64,000 nt of DNA. It comes from Candidatus Spongiisociaceae bacterium (GTDB lineage: Bacteria; Actinomycetota; Acidimicrobiia; Spongiisociales; Spongiisociaceae). Within the stretch, counting starts at the first letter, position 1. Every line of letters begins with the position of its first letter. This document shows positions 48,544 to 58,536 of the stretch, piece by piece. The stretch is taken from the NCBI GenBank assembly GCA_965219685.1, contig CBDCOH010000002.1:2336001-2400000 (forward strand), given 5' to 3'. The position numbers and the translations under genes were made by a program. The notes below the pieces were generated by a model. The model saw nothing but the letters and a program-made list of their open reading frames with translations. It did no database searches and was not told the origin of the DNA.

Positions 48544-50066
48544 GGGCGGAGATGGGGGAACAGGACCACTTCCCGTAGGGTCCGCTGATCGGTGAGCAGC
48601 ATCACCAGGCGGTCGACCCCGATCCCAAGTCCCCCTGTCGGCGGCATACCCACCTCCAGCGCACGCAGGAAGTCCTCGTCGATCGGGTGTGCCGTGTCGT
48701 CCCCCGCCTCCCGCGCCGCGGCCTGCGCCTCGAAGCGACCTCGCTGATCCACAGGGTCGTTGAGCTCGGTGAACGCGTCGGCGTACTCGTTTCCCGCGAT
48801 GAAGAGCTCGAAGCGCTCCACGAGACCTTCCTTCGAGCGGTGACGGCGCGCCAGCGGCGAGATGTCGACGGGGTGATCGATCACGAACGTGGGGTCCCAC
48901 AGCCCGGGTACGACGCGGTGGTCGAAGACCTCCTCCACCAACTTCCCGAAACCCCAGGCGGGCTCGGGCTCCACCCCTGCTTGCTCGGCTAGCTTCCTGA
49001 GACGGGCAACGGAGGTCGAGGTCGTTACCGGTGTGTCCAAGGCCTCTCCGACCAAGTCCAGCATCGGCGCCCGGCGGTATGGAGGCCGGAGATCGATCTG
49101 GCGACCCTGATAGGTGATGCAGGACGTACCAACTGCGCGTTTGGCCACCGCCGGGATGACCTCCTCCATCAGTTGCATGATGTCGCGGTAGTCCGCCAGT
49201 GCCTGGTAGGCCTCGAGAGTCGTGAACTCAGGGTTGTGCGTGGCGTCGATGCCTTCGTTGCGGAACACCCGACCCAGTTCGAACACCCGCTCCATACCCC
49301 CCACCACCAGTCGCTTGAGATGCAACTCGGTGGCGATCCTCAGGTACATGTCTATCCCGAGTGCGTTGTGGTGGGTCCGGAACGGCCTGGCCAGCGCGCC
49401 TCCCGCCTGGACCTGGAGCACCGGAGTCTCCACCTCGATGAAGCCTCTTTTCTCGAACTGGCGCCGCAGCTCCGAGACCACCCCCGAACGCGTCTCCGCG
49501 ACGCGCCGAGCTTCGGGGTTGACCAGAAGATCCAGCTCGCGGCGACGGAAGCGGCCCTCCTTGTCGGTCAGGCCGTGCCACTTCTCGGGAAGGGGTCGAA
49601 GACCCTTGGCCAGCAGGGCGAACCCGGCCACATGCACACTGAGTTCGCCCCGACGGGTGGTCATGACCTCCCCTTTCGCCCACACCCAATCGCCCTGGTC
49701 GAGATCCCCGAACTCAGCGAGCGGGGAAGCACCGAGACCGCTCTCGTCCGCGAACAGCTGGATCCGGCCGGAGTGGTCCTGGAGCACCCCGAAGATCAAC
49801 CGGCCGAGCTGGCGCTGGTTCATCAGCCGCCCGGCGACCTCCACCACCTCGCCGGTCGTCGTGTCGGCTTCCAGGTCCGCGAATCGATGATGGAGTTCGC
49901 GAGCCGACGCGTTGCGCGTGTAGCCCAGCGGATAGGGATCGACTCCCTCCGAACGTAGCCGGGTCACCTTCTCCAAGCGGTTGGCCGTCAGCGGATGGTC
50001 TGCGAGGCCGAGACCTTCGGGGAGGTCCGAACCTGACGTTTCGCCGGGACTGTTCATCGGCCGCAA
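48534..50066 (-). CDS. lysS: Lysine--tRNA ligase (class II)
   Basis: GGALARPF.THHN, FRNEG...HNPEFT, GMPPTGGLGIGVDRL. Confidence 0.98.
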   Translation of the reverse strand: MRPMNSPGETSGSDLPEGLGLADHPLTANRLEKVTRLRSEGVDPYPLGYTRNASARELHHRFADLEADTTTGEVVEVAGRLMNQRQLGRLIFGVLQDHSGRIQLFADESGLGASPLAEFGDLDQGDWVWAKGEVMTTRRGELSVHVAGFALLAKGLRPLPEKWHGLTDKEGRFRRRELDLLVNPEARRVAETRSGVVSELRRQFEKRGFIEVETPVLQVQAGGALARPFRTHHNALGIDMYLRIATELHLKRLVVGGMERVFELGRVFRNEGIDATHNPEFTTLEAYQALADYRDIMQLMEEVIPAVAKRAVGTSCITYQGRQIDLRPPYRRAPMLDLVGEALDTPVTTSTSVARLRKLAEQAGVEPEPAWGFGKLVEEVFDHRVVPGLWDPTFVIDHPVDISPLARRHRSKEGLVERFELFIAGNEYADAFTELNDPVDQRGRFEAQAAAREAGDDTAHPIDEDFLRALEVGMPPTGGLGIGVDRLVMLLTDQRTLREVVLFPHLRPEW

Positions 50067-50085
50067 AGGGTACCGCAGGCGAGGC

Positions 50086-50868
50086 TCAGCGGTTCCGCTC
50101 CCAGATCAGGCGGAGACCCTCGAGGGTCAGGGTCTCGGCCACCGTCGACACGAGTCTGCACAACGGCACGATCACGGGAGCGATCCCGCCTGTGGCCACC
50201 ACGCTTATCACGCCACCGGCAGTAGCCGGCAGATGCTCGAACGTCCGCCCCAGGATTCCATCTACCAACCCGGCGTAGCCGTACAGGAGCCCGCTCTGGA
50301 TGGCTTCGACAGTGCCTTTGCCCACCACCGACCGGGGCTCGGTCAGATCGACCCTGCGCAGGGCCGCCGTCGCGGAGACGAGTGCCTCCATGGAGACCTC
50401 GAGACCCGGCGCGATGGCACCCCCGATGTAGTCGCCCGCACCGTCCACGACATCGAAGGTGGTCGCCGTCCCGAAGTCCACCACGACCACCGGGGCTCCG
50501 TAGCGCTCCCGCGCCGCCACCGAGTTGACTACCCGGTCGGCTCCCACTTCCCGCGGGTTGTCGATCTTGATCGCCATGCCGGTGCGCACCCCCGGACCGA
50601 CCACCAGCACCGGGGTTCCCACCAGGTCCTCAAGGGCCGCCTGGAGCGCCTTCGCCACCGGCGGGACCACCGACGACATCGCTGCTCCCTCGAAATCCCC
50701 GGCCTCGTAGACGGTCGGCGCGAGCAGCCCGCGCAGCAGGATCGCGAACTCGTCCCTGGTGCGCTCGCGGCCGCTGGAGAGCCGCCACTGCTGCACGACG
50801 CGGTGACCCGAGAGGATCCCGATGACCGTCTGGGTGTTGCCTACGTCTACGGCTAGGAACATGGTCAT
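50086..50868 (-). CDS. coaX: Type III pantothenate kinase
   Basis: DVGNT, SSVVP, EVGADR, VDFGTATT, ATGG. Confidence 0.96.
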   Translation of the reverse strand: MTMFLAVDVGNTQTVIGILSGHRVVQQWRLSSGRERTRDEFAILLRGLLAPTVYEAGDFEGAAMSSVVPPVAKALQAALEDLVGTPVLVVGPGVRTGMAIKIDNPREVGADRVVNSVAARERYGAPVVVVDFGTATTFDVVDGAGDYIGGAIAPGLEVSMEALVSATAALRRVDLTEPRSVVGKGTVEAIQSGLLYGYAGLVDGILGRTFEHLPATAGGVISVVATGGIAPVIVPLCRLVSTVAETLTLEGLRLIWERNR

Positions 50869-51770
50869 GGTTGGTGGGTGGTGGCTGGCGCTGCATCGTA
50901 CAGGACGCTGGGGCGCTCGAGGCAGACTCCCCGATCCGCCGTGGGACCGCGGTCATCGAAGGAGAGCCGGACGTTGTCAATGAGGCGTACCGGGCCGATG
51001 CGGGCCGCCACCGCCAGGACCACTCCCGCTTCGATACGCGAGACCGGCTCCACCGTCGTCGAGTCGAAGGCTTCGGCGTATTCGAGTTGGCCGGAGCGGA
51101 AGGCGTCCCGGACCGTCCCCGCCAGAACCTCGGCCCGGTACTCCCCCGTTTCGAACATCGTCGCGGCTTCCATCAAGCCACGCGACAGGCCCAACGCGTC
51201 CGGGCGGTGTTCGCCTAGGAAGACGTTCCGGGAAGACAGTGCCAGGCCGTCCTGTTCCCTGACCAGCGGGCACCCGACGACCTCCAAGGGGAAGCCCAGG
51301 TCATGGGCCAGGCGTCTCACCAGCGCAAGCTGCTGGGCGTCCTTGCGCCCGAGATAGGCCCGGTCCGGCTGGAGCGCCGCGAACAGCCGGGCGACGACCG
51401 TCGCCACGCCATCCATGTGGCCGGGTCGGTGCGCACCTTCAAGGCGTTCCCCGATGCCCGCCACCGAGACCGTGGTCAGCGGCGCGGTCGGGAACATCTC
51501 GTCAGGATCCGGAATCACCGTCAGGTCCACACCGCACTCCGAGGCCAGGGCAAGATCGCGATCGTGGTCGACCGGGTAGCGGGCGAGGTCGGCCGCGTCC
51601 TCGAATTGGAGAGGATTCACGTAGAGCGTCACCACCGTCTGGTCGCACTCGGCAACCGACCTGTGCATGAGCGACAGGTGGCCCTCGTGGAAGAACCCCA
51701 TGGTCGGGACGAGTCCCACCACCCCGCTCGCCGACTCCCGGGCGGCCCCCATGGTGCGGATGACCCTCAT
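50865..51770 (-). CDS. panC: Pantoate--beta-alanine ligase
   Basis: VPTMG..HEGH, VNPLQF, RPGH, G.KDAQQ, DGLALSSRN, RLIDN. Confidence 0.96.
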   Translation of the reverse strand: MRVIRTMGAARESASGVVGLVPTMGFFHEGHLSLMHRSVAECDQTVVTLYVNPLQFEDAADLARYPVDHDRDLALASECGVDLTVIPDPDEMFPTAPLTTVSVAGIGERLEGAHRPGHMDGVATVVARLFAALQPDRAYLGRKDAQQLALVRRLAHDLGFPLEVVGCPLVREQDGLALSSRNVFLGEHRPDALGLSRGLMEAATMFETGEYRAEVLAGTVRDAFRSGQLEYAEAFDSTTVEPVSRIEAGVVLAVAARIGPVRLIDNVRLSFDDRGPTADRGVCLERPSVLYDAAPATTHQP

Positions 51771-52579
51771 GAGAGAACTTCCTCCATGATGGCCGAGGTT
51801 CCGGCCACAGACGCTGTGACACGCGCGAAGGCACGGAACATCTCCGACACGGCGGGCGCATGGAGTTCCACGGCCTGCAGTTGGCTCCGTACCGTTTCCG
51901 TATCGCCCCTGGCAATAGGACCGGTGAGGGCTGGACGGGGTCCCATGTCGAAGGCATTGGCGACTATCTGCTCCACGAGAGGCCGAGCCACCCGGTAGTC
52001 CACCCCCGCCTCCGCATACAACCTCTCGGCGACCGCGAGCGCCGCCACAACGTAGTTGGCTGATGAAGCAGCCGCGGCGTGATAGAGAGGCTTGGCCGCG
52101 TCGGCGATACGGAAGGCCTGGCAGCCCAGCGAGCCGGCCAACTCCTCCAAGAAATCCCCCAACGCCGCCCCCGCGGTGATCGCAACGTGGGCACCCCTGA
52201 ACGACCCCGACCCGGTGCTCCAGTCCGGAAAGGTCTGGAGCGGATGGAACGAACCGGCTGCCAGGCCGGCATCGCGCAGCGGATCGAGAGCCGACCGCGA
52301 CACCAGCCCAGACAGATGCACGACGCGGGCGACCGGGATGGCGTGCCCGGCGAGGGATCGGGCGACGTGGCGGATCGCGTCGTCACGGACTGCGACCACC
52401 AACAGATCGGCCTCCGGCATGGGATTGCCGATCAGCCGGGCGACCACACCGAGATGCCGCGCCACCTCCTGGTCGTCGGCGCGGCGTGTAACTATCCCTA
52501 CTATCTCATGGCCCGCTTCGTGGGCGGCGACCGCCAACGATCCACCGGCCCTGCCGGGGCCCACAACGATGATTCGCAC
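51767..52579 (-). CDS. Rossmann-like + DUF2520 protein (PanG-type ketopantoate reductase candidate)
   Basis: GPGRAG, AVRDDAI, HLSG, FHPLQTF, YHAAA, LTGPIARGD. Confidence 0.9.
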   Translation of the reverse strand: MRIIVVGPGRAGGSLAVAAHEAGHEIVGIVTRRADDQEVARHLGVVARLIGNPMPEADLLVVAVRDDAIRHVARSLAGHAIPVARVVHLSGLVSRSALDPLRDAGLAAGSFHPLQTFPDWSTGSGSFRGAHVAITAGAALGDFLEELAGSLGCQAFRIADAAKPLYHAAAASSANYVVAALAVAERLYAEAGVDYRVARPLVEQIVANAFDMGPRPALTGPIARGDTETVRSQLQAVELHAPAVSEMFRAFARVTASVAGTSAIMEEVLS

Positions 52580-52742
52580 CTGTACTCCCGGTTCCGGTCC
52601 GTTCCTTCGGTACCGTTCCGGGAGGGTGCTGAAAAACCCCGTGCATCGGGGTCGCACATTCGGCCACAGCAGTCGAGCCAATGGTCTGCCGACGAGCGAA
52701 GCCCGAAAGATCCGCTTCTCAGCACCCTCCCGGGGCCGAAGG

Positions 52743-53309
52743 TTAGGGAGGCAACCTGGCCGCCGCCACCTGCGAGACGGACCGGCCGCCACCACCGGAC
52801 CCCCGACCCCCGACCCGTTGCCCCCGCCACCACCGGTCCTCGATCATCGTGACATCTTGATCGGCCACACCCGCGAGCAGGTCGGACACGCGCGTTCCGT
52901 CAGGATCGCGAGCCTCGGGCCAGGCGGCTGCCAGCGGCTCCATGACGAAGCGGCGTTGCCGATAGCGGGGATGCGGTACCGAGACCTCCACCGTGCGGAC
53001 CACCGAGTCGCCGTGGAGGATGAGATCCAGGTCGATAATCCTCGGACCCCAGCGCGGTCCCCTGACGCGGCCGAGTCGCTTCTCGATGGCGAGCAGGCGC
53101 GCCACCAGATCCTCCGGTTCCAGATCGGTCTCGATCACGGCCACCGCGTTGTAGAAGGGCTGCTGCTCCACAGGTCCCACAGGAGCCGTCTCGTAAAGAG
53201 GAGACAGAGCCTGCAGCCGCCCGAGTTCCGCGAGACGGGCGACCGCCTTGCCGAGGACGGCGCGACGGTCTCCCATGTTGGAACCCAGGGAGACGGCGGC
53301 CGGCGTCAT
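52743..53309 (-). CDS. folK: 2-amino-4-hydroxy-6-hydroxymethyldihydropteridine diphosphokinase
   Basis: SLGSNMGD, YET.P, WGPRIIDLDL, PHPR...R.FV..P. Confidence 0.96.
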   Translation of the reverse strand: MTPAAVSLGSNMGDRRAVLGKAVARLAELGRLQALSPLYETAPVGPVEQQPFYNAVAVIETDLEPEDLVARLLAIEKRLGRVRGPRWGPRIIDLDLILHGDSVVRTVEVSVPHPRYRQRRFVMEPLAAAWPEARDPDGTRVSDLLAGVADQDVTMIEDRWWRGQRVGGRGSGGGGRSVSQVAAARLPP

Positions 53310-53316
53310 ACCTGTA

Positions 53317-54165
53317 TCAGTCGCGGGGAGAGTGCCGGACGATGGTCACCGCCACGTCCTCGAAAGGAACCTCGATCGGCGCCTCGGGTTTGTGCACGGT
53401 CACCTCCACCCGGGTGACCAGGCGGTTCTCGAGAACGAGATCGGCCACCCGTTCGGCGACCGTCTCGATGAGGTTCCACTGCTCGCCCGACACCCGGCCG
53501 TGGATCGCCTCCGCAAGAACCCCGTAGTCGAGGGTCTCGGAAAGGTCGTCGGTACGGCCCGCCTCCGAGAGGTCCAGCCGGGCCATGACATCCACCGCGA
53601 AGGTCTGGCCGGCGGCCCGCTCCTCGTCGGTCACTCCATGACGGGCCGGTATGCGGAGACCCTTCAACGTGATCGAGTCGGCGGAACCGCGGACGCGGAC
53701 CGGACCCGGATCGGGTGGGTCCTCGCCCACAACTCCAGCCAGCAGCCGGAGAACCTCTTGGCGAACCTTGGGGAGGTCGGCGCCGAGATTCTCCAATACC
53801 CGGGCGGCGACGCCGTCCCCCTCCCGGATCAAGCCGAGGAGTATGTGCTCGGTGCCGATGTAACTGTGACCTAGCTGGAGCGCCTCGCGTAGGCTCAACT
53901 CCATCACCATCTTGGCGCGACGCGTGAAGGGTACGTGCCCGGAAGGGGATCGGTGACCCTTGCCGATAGTCTCCTCCACCTTGCTACGCACCGAATCGAG
54001 ACGCATCCCCAGGCTTCCGAGGACCCGGGCCGCAACACCCTCACCCTCATGGATAAGGCCGAGCAGGATGTGCTCGGTGCCGATGTAGTTGTGGTTCAGC
54101 AGCCGGGCCTCGTCCTGCGCCATGACCACCACCCGGCGAGCCCGGTCGGTGAAGCGTTCAAACAC
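53317..54165 (-). CDS. folB: Fusion of ClpC-type N-terminal (Clp-N x2) domain and dihydroneopterin aldolase
   Basis: Residues 1-147 about 84% identical to ClpC in this window; then DSITLKGL...HGV..EER..GQ.F, LDY, LIE, VHKP. Confidence 0.95.
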   Translation of the reverse strand: MFERFTDRARRVVVMAQDEARLLNHNYIGTEHILLGLIHEGEGVAARVLGSLGMRLDSVRSKVEETIGKGHRSPSGHVPFTRRAKMVMELSLREALQLGHSYIGTEHILLGLIREGDGVAARVLENLGADLPKVRQEVLRLLAGVVGEDPPDPGPVRVRGSADSITLKGLRIPARHGVTDEERAAGQTFAVDVMARLDLSEAGRTDDLSETLDYGVLAEAIHGRVSGEQWNLIETVAERVADLVLENRLVTRVEVTVHKPEAPIEVPFEDVAVTIVRHSPRD

Positions 54166-54227
54166 AGCGGGCCGGCAGTTGAGGGCTCTCCGTCCCAGAC
54201 GCGTCGGCGGTGCCGAACGCCATCGGG

Positions 54228-54704
54228 TCAGCCGGAAGGAGGTATCAGTGCACGGGCGCCGGGTCCGAGGGGCCGGCCGATGGCCGACTGTATGGCCATG
54301 GTCGCGAGACGCTCATCGTCGACCAGACCCGAGTACACCACATAGCCTGCCAGGATGCCGGCCACCGCGTCATCCACGAAGTCCCGATGCACCAGCACAC
54401 GAGCCCCCGGCTTGGAAAGCGCCTCGTGGATGGTGGAGAAAGCATGCTCGATAGCGGCCGGCTCGGATTCGAGATCCACCGGGGCCAGACACACCTCGAG
54501 GCCGGCCGCCTCGTAGCTGTTGACGTTCTGGGTTCCCGGGAGCAGGGAGACTACGGTGGTGAAACCCTCATCGACCAGCCAGGCAATCTCCTCTTGGCGG
54601 CGTACCCGCCGATGCTGGAAGCCCTGCCCTCCGATCCGCGCCGAGGTGGCCAGCCGATTGCCGATCACCCAGGCGAAATCACGCGGTTGCAGTCCGGTCG
54701 TCAT
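54228..54704 (-). CDS. Dual-specificity/protein-tyrosine phosphatase-like protein lacking the catalytic Cys
   Basis: F.WVI..RLA...R.GG, GFTTVVSLL, VLVH followed by RDFVDD instead of CxxGxxR. Confidence 0.65.
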   Translation of the reverse strand: MTTGLQPRDFAWVIGNRLATSARIGGQGFQHRRVRRQEEIAWLVDEGFTTVVSLLPGTQNVNSYEAAGLEVCLAPVDLESEPAAIEHAFSTIHEALSKPGARVLVHRDFVDDAVAGILAGYVVYSGLVDDERLATMAIQSAIGRPLGPGARALIPPSG

Positions 54705-55608
54705 CACCCTTGCCCATCTCCCGCACCATAGCGTCGGCCAGCGCCAAAGCGTCGCGCGCCAGCGCGACATCGTGGACCCTGACGATCGAAGCCCCTCCGA
54801 GCGCGCAGATAGCGGCTGAGACGGCCGTGACCGCATCCCGGTCGTGGACGGGCCGCCCGGTGAGGGCGCCCAGGAACGCCTTGCGGGAGGTACCCACGAG
54901 CACCGGTACGCCCTCCGCGGCGAAGGCGGGCAATCCGTTGAGCAGGGCCAGGTTGTGAGCCGTTGTCTTGCCGAATCCGATCCCGGGGTCGATGGCGATC
55001 GCACCCCGCCGGACTCCCGCCCGCACCGCGGATCCGATCCTGCCACGGAGAAACGCACCTACCTCGCCTACCACATCGGTGTAGGTCGGGTTGACCTGCA
55101 TGGTGCGCGGGTTGCCGCGCCTGTGCATCAGCACCACACCCACCCCGGCCCCGGCGCACAACCCGGCCATCTCCTCCGCCTCCAGCGCTGCCACGTCGTT
55201 GACCACGACCGCCCCGGCCGCGATCGCCTCGGCGGCAACCCTGGGCTTCGAGGTGTCGATCGACACCCGGACCCCGGCGGCGGAGAGGCGTCCCACCACG
55301 CCGACCACCCGGCGTAGCTCCTCGGTCTCATCCACATCGGCCGCTCCGGGGCGGGTCGACTCACCCCCCACGTCGATCAGGTGGGCCCCCTGATCCCTCA
55401 AACGCAGGCCTCGATCCACGGCCCCGTCCTCGTCCATGAAGCGGCCCCCGTCCGAGAACGAATCGGGTGTAGCGTTCACCACGCCCATGATCAGGGTGCC
55501 GCGGTTGGGATCGAGCACCTCTCCGCGTACATGCCAGAGGGGCCTATCGGACCGCACGCGTGCTTCGGGCGGTCGTGGAGGCCCCGGCTCGGAGCCTGAC
55601 GGTTTCAT
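54679..55608 (-). CDS. folP: Dihydropteroate synthase
   Basis: MGVVN.TPDSFSDGG, GGESTRPG, DPGIGFGK, SRK, RVHDV. Confidence 0.97.
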   Translation of the reverse strand: MKPSGSEPGPPRPPEARVRSDRPLWHVRGEVLDPNRGTLIMGVVNATPDSFSDGGRFMDEDGAVDRGLRLRDQGAHLIDVGGESTRPGAADVDETEELRRVVGVVGRLSAAGVRVSIDTSKPRVAAEAIAAGAVVVNDVAALEAEEMAGLCAGAGVGVVLMHRRGNPRTMQVNPTYTDVVGEVGAFLRGRIGSAVRAGVRRGAIAIDPGIGFGKTTAHNLALLNGLPAFAAEGVPVLVGTSRKAFLGALTGRPVHDRDAVTAVSAAICALGGASIVRVHDVALARDALALADAMVREMGKGDDDRTATA

Positions 55609-55680
55609 ACTCGACTGCCGCCCCGATCCTCGGAGCGAGCCGGTGCAGACCGGTCCGGCTCCCGCGTGACCTCACCGATG

Positions 55681-56262
55681 TCAGGGGCCGGCCCGGTTTA
55701 TGAGGGCCAGGGCCTCGGCTCTCGTGGCCGGGTTGCTCCGGAACTGGCCTCGGACCGCGGATGTCTGGGTGACCGCTCCAGGCTTGCCGACGCCCCTCAT
55801 CTCCATACATAGGTGGCGGGCCTCGACGACGACGAGCACTCCGCGAGGCTTCAGCACCTCCATCAACGACTCGGCCACCTGGGTGGTCAAGCGCTCCTGC
55901 ATCTGGGGACGGCGGGCGAATCCCTCGACGAGACGGGCGAGCTTCGAGAGACCGGTCACCCTGCCGTCCGGCACGTAGGCCACATGAGCGGTTCCATGGA
56001 AGGGAAGGAGATGATGCTCGCACATCGAGTAGAAGGAGATGTCGCGTACCAGCACCATCTCCTGGTGCTCGTCGGCCACGAACACGCGGTAGAGGTCCTC
56101 CCGTGGATCGCGGTGCATCCCTTCGAAGACTTCCGCGTACATGCGGGCCACCCGGGTCGGGGTGTCGACCAGTCCTTCCCGGCCAGGGTCCTCGCCGATA
56201 GCCTTCAGGATCTGGTGCACAGCGTCTGCGATCGCCTGCTGATCGACCACCCACCCTGACAT
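55681..56262 (-). CDS. folE: GTP cyclohydrolase I
   Basis: [38 protein letters not shown]. Confidence 0.97.
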   Translation of the reverse strand: MSGWVVDQQAIADAVHQILKAIGEDPGREGLVDTPTRVARMYAEVFEGMHRDPREDLYRVFVADEHQEMVLVRDISFYSMCEHHLLPFHGTAHVAYVPDGRVTGLSKLARLVEGFARRPQMQERLTTQVAESLMEVLKPRGVLVVVEARHLCMEMRGVGKPGAVTQTSAVRGQFRSNPATRAEALALINRAGP

Positions 56263-56267
56263 GGTCG

Positions 56268-58199
56268 CTACCCGCTGATCGGGGAATCCCCCGCGGTGGC
56301 CGCCGCCACACCTTCCGAAAGAGCGGGACCGGCCAGGGTCGGCGCCTGGATTCGGGGACCGGCGCCGTCGACCGTTTCCCACTTGGGCACATCGTGGAGT
56401 ACGTCGCTGATCTCCGCGGCCTGGAGGGTCTCCGAGTCGAGCAACCGATCGGCGAGCCGGTGCAAGGAGTCCATGTGAGTGGTGAGTATCCGCTTCGCCT
56501 CGTCGTGAGCCTGACCCAACAATGCCCGGACCTCATCGTCGATAGCGGCGGCGACCTCGTCGGAGTAGTCCTGCTGGCTGGAGTAGTCGCGACCGAGGAA
56601 CACCTCGCCGTGGTCCTTTCCGTACTTCATGGGACCCAGGTTGTCGCTCATCCCGTATTCCATCACCATCCGTCGAGCCAACTCCGTGGCCTTCTCGATG
56701 TCGTTGGACGCGCCCGTGGTCGGGTCGGCGAAGATGAGTTCCTCGGCGGCCCGGCCTCCCATGAGCATCGCCAACTGGTCGGTCAACTCCGAACGGCGCA
56801 TGTAGTTGCGATCCTCCGTCGGAAGTGCGAGCGTGTATCCGCCCGCCCGGCCCCTCGGGATGATGGTGACCTTGTGGATTGGGTCCGCATTGGGTAGGGC
56901 GAAGCCCACCAGAGCGTGCCCGCCCTCGTGGTAGGCGGTCACCTTCTTCTCCCGATCGGTCATGACCCTGCTCTTGCGCTCCGGACCGGCGATGACCCTG
57001 TCGATCGCCTCCTCCAGTTCCTCCGGCCCAACCCGTTCCTTGTCCCGCCGGGCTGCCAGCAGCGCGGCCTCGTTGATGAGGTTGGCCAGGTCGGCCCCGG
57101 TGAACCCGGGGGTCTGGCGGGCGACGACGTCCATGTCCACTTCTTCCGAGATGGGCTTACCCTTGGCGTGGACACCCAGGATGGCCTTCCGCCCCTTGAG
57201 ATCAGGGCGGTCTACGACGATCTGGCGGTCGAAACGTCCCGGCCGGAGCAGCGCCGGGTCGAGGATGTCGGGCCTGTTGGTGCCCGCGACGACAATCACC
57301 CCGCTCGACACATCGAAGCCGTCCAACTCCACCAGGAGTTGGTTGAGAGTCTGCTCCCGCTCATCGTGACCACCTCCGAGACCGGCGCCCCGGTGCCGTC
57401 CCACCGCGTCGATCTCGTCGATGAACACGATCGCCGGAGCGGCCGACTTGGCCTGCTCGAACAGGTCACGCACCCGGCTGGCGCCCACTCCCACGAACAT
57501 CTCCACGAAGTCGGACCCCGAGATCGAGAAGAAGGGCACTTCGGCCTCGCCGGCCACCGCCCGCGCCAGGAGGGTCTTGCCCGTTCCGGGAGAACCGTAG
57601 AGCAGGACCCCTTTGGGGATCTTGGCGCCCATCGCCCTGAACTTCTGGGGCGCCTGGAGGAAGTCCTTGATCTCGCCCAACTCCTCGATGGCCTCCTCGA
57701 GACCGGCCACATCCTCGAAGGTCACCTTGGGCTGGTCCTTCGTGACCTGTTTTGCCTTGGCCTTGCCGAACTGCATGATCCGGCTCCCGCCACTCTGCAT
57801 CTGCATGATGACAAAGATCATGAAACCGAAGATCAGAAGCCACGGAAGGATGCCTAGGACCAGATCCCAGAACCCTGGAGGCTCGGGGTCGATGAGAACC
57901 TTCACGTCGTTGGCGAGCAGGATCTCGGTGAGCGTCCCCTCGTACTCCGCCGGGTACAGAACGCGGAACTCGGCGGGAACATCCGCCACGAGCGTTCCCG
58001 GCACCAGAGCGCCTTCGATGGCATTGGAGCGCTCGAGGATCAGGACCTCGGCCACCGCTCCGGTGGTGACCACCTCCTCGAATACGGTAAGGTCGATCTC
58101 CTCCGGCTTGCTGGCCTGGTTGAGGAACCGCTGTCCCATCAGGACCAACGCCATGACCACGAGACCGTATACGAAAATGGTGCGGGTGGTCTTACTCAA
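56268..58199 (-). CDS. ftsH: ATP-dependent zinc metalloprotease FtsH
   Basis: Two TMs, [25 protein letters not shown]. Confidence 0.98.
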   Translation of the reverse strand: MSKTTRTIFVYGLVVMALVLMGQRFLNQASKPEEIDLTVFEEVVTTGAVAEVLILERSNAIEGALVPGTLVADVPAEFRVLYPAEYEGTLTEILLANDVKVLIDPEPPGFWDLVLGILPWLLIFGFMIFVIMQMQSGGSRIMQFGKAKAKQVTKDQPKVTFEDVAGLEEAIEELGEIKDFLQAPQKFRAMGAKIPKGVLLYGSPGTGKTLLARAVAGEAEVPFFSISGSDFVEMFVGVGASRVRDLFEQAKSAAPAIVFIDEIDAVGRHRGAGLGGGHDEREQTLNQLLVELDGFDVSSGVIVVAGTNRPDILDPALLRPGRFDRQIVVDRPDLKGRKAILGVHAKGKPISEEVDMDVVARQTPGFTGADLANLINEAALLAARRDKERVGPEELEEAIDRVIAGPERKSRVMTDREKKVTAYHEGGHALVGFALPNADPIHKVTIIPRGRAGGYTLALPTEDRNYMRRSELTDQLAMLMGGRAAEELIFADPTTGASNDIEKATELARRMVMEYGMSDNLGPMKYGKDHGEVFLGRDYSSQQDYSDEVAAAIDDEVRALLGQAHDEAKRILTTHMDSLHRLADRLLDSETLQAAEISDVLHDVPKWETVDGAGPRIQAPTLAGPALSEGVAAATAGDSPISG

Positions 58200-58536
58200 T
58201 GTCTCTCTTTCTTGTTCTCGGCTTGCCCGAATGGAGGCCGGTGGAATCCCGTAGTGTCGACCGGACTTGCGTCGCGCCCCATCCTACGGGGCTGCCGGAA
58301 CTATCGCAGGTGGTTTCACCGTGACGAGGACAACCCGTGCCTACCAGGTGAAATAGCCAGTTCTAGTCTAGGTGACCGGGCGGCCAGGTTCGCCGGACCG
58401 TCTCCCGCCACGTAAAGGTTGCGACAGCGAGAATGCCATCTCTACGCTGGCACGTACATGTCGTCCACCGCCTTCCGGCGACTGGGGCCTGCGTTGGCGG
58501 TGCTGCAGGAGGGCGACGGACGAGAAAGGGTGAACG

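Noticed and set aside
54679-54706. Frameshift at the folP 3' end (TGATG in another frame)
   Set aside because: FolP core is complete and a 26-nt overlap is ordinary
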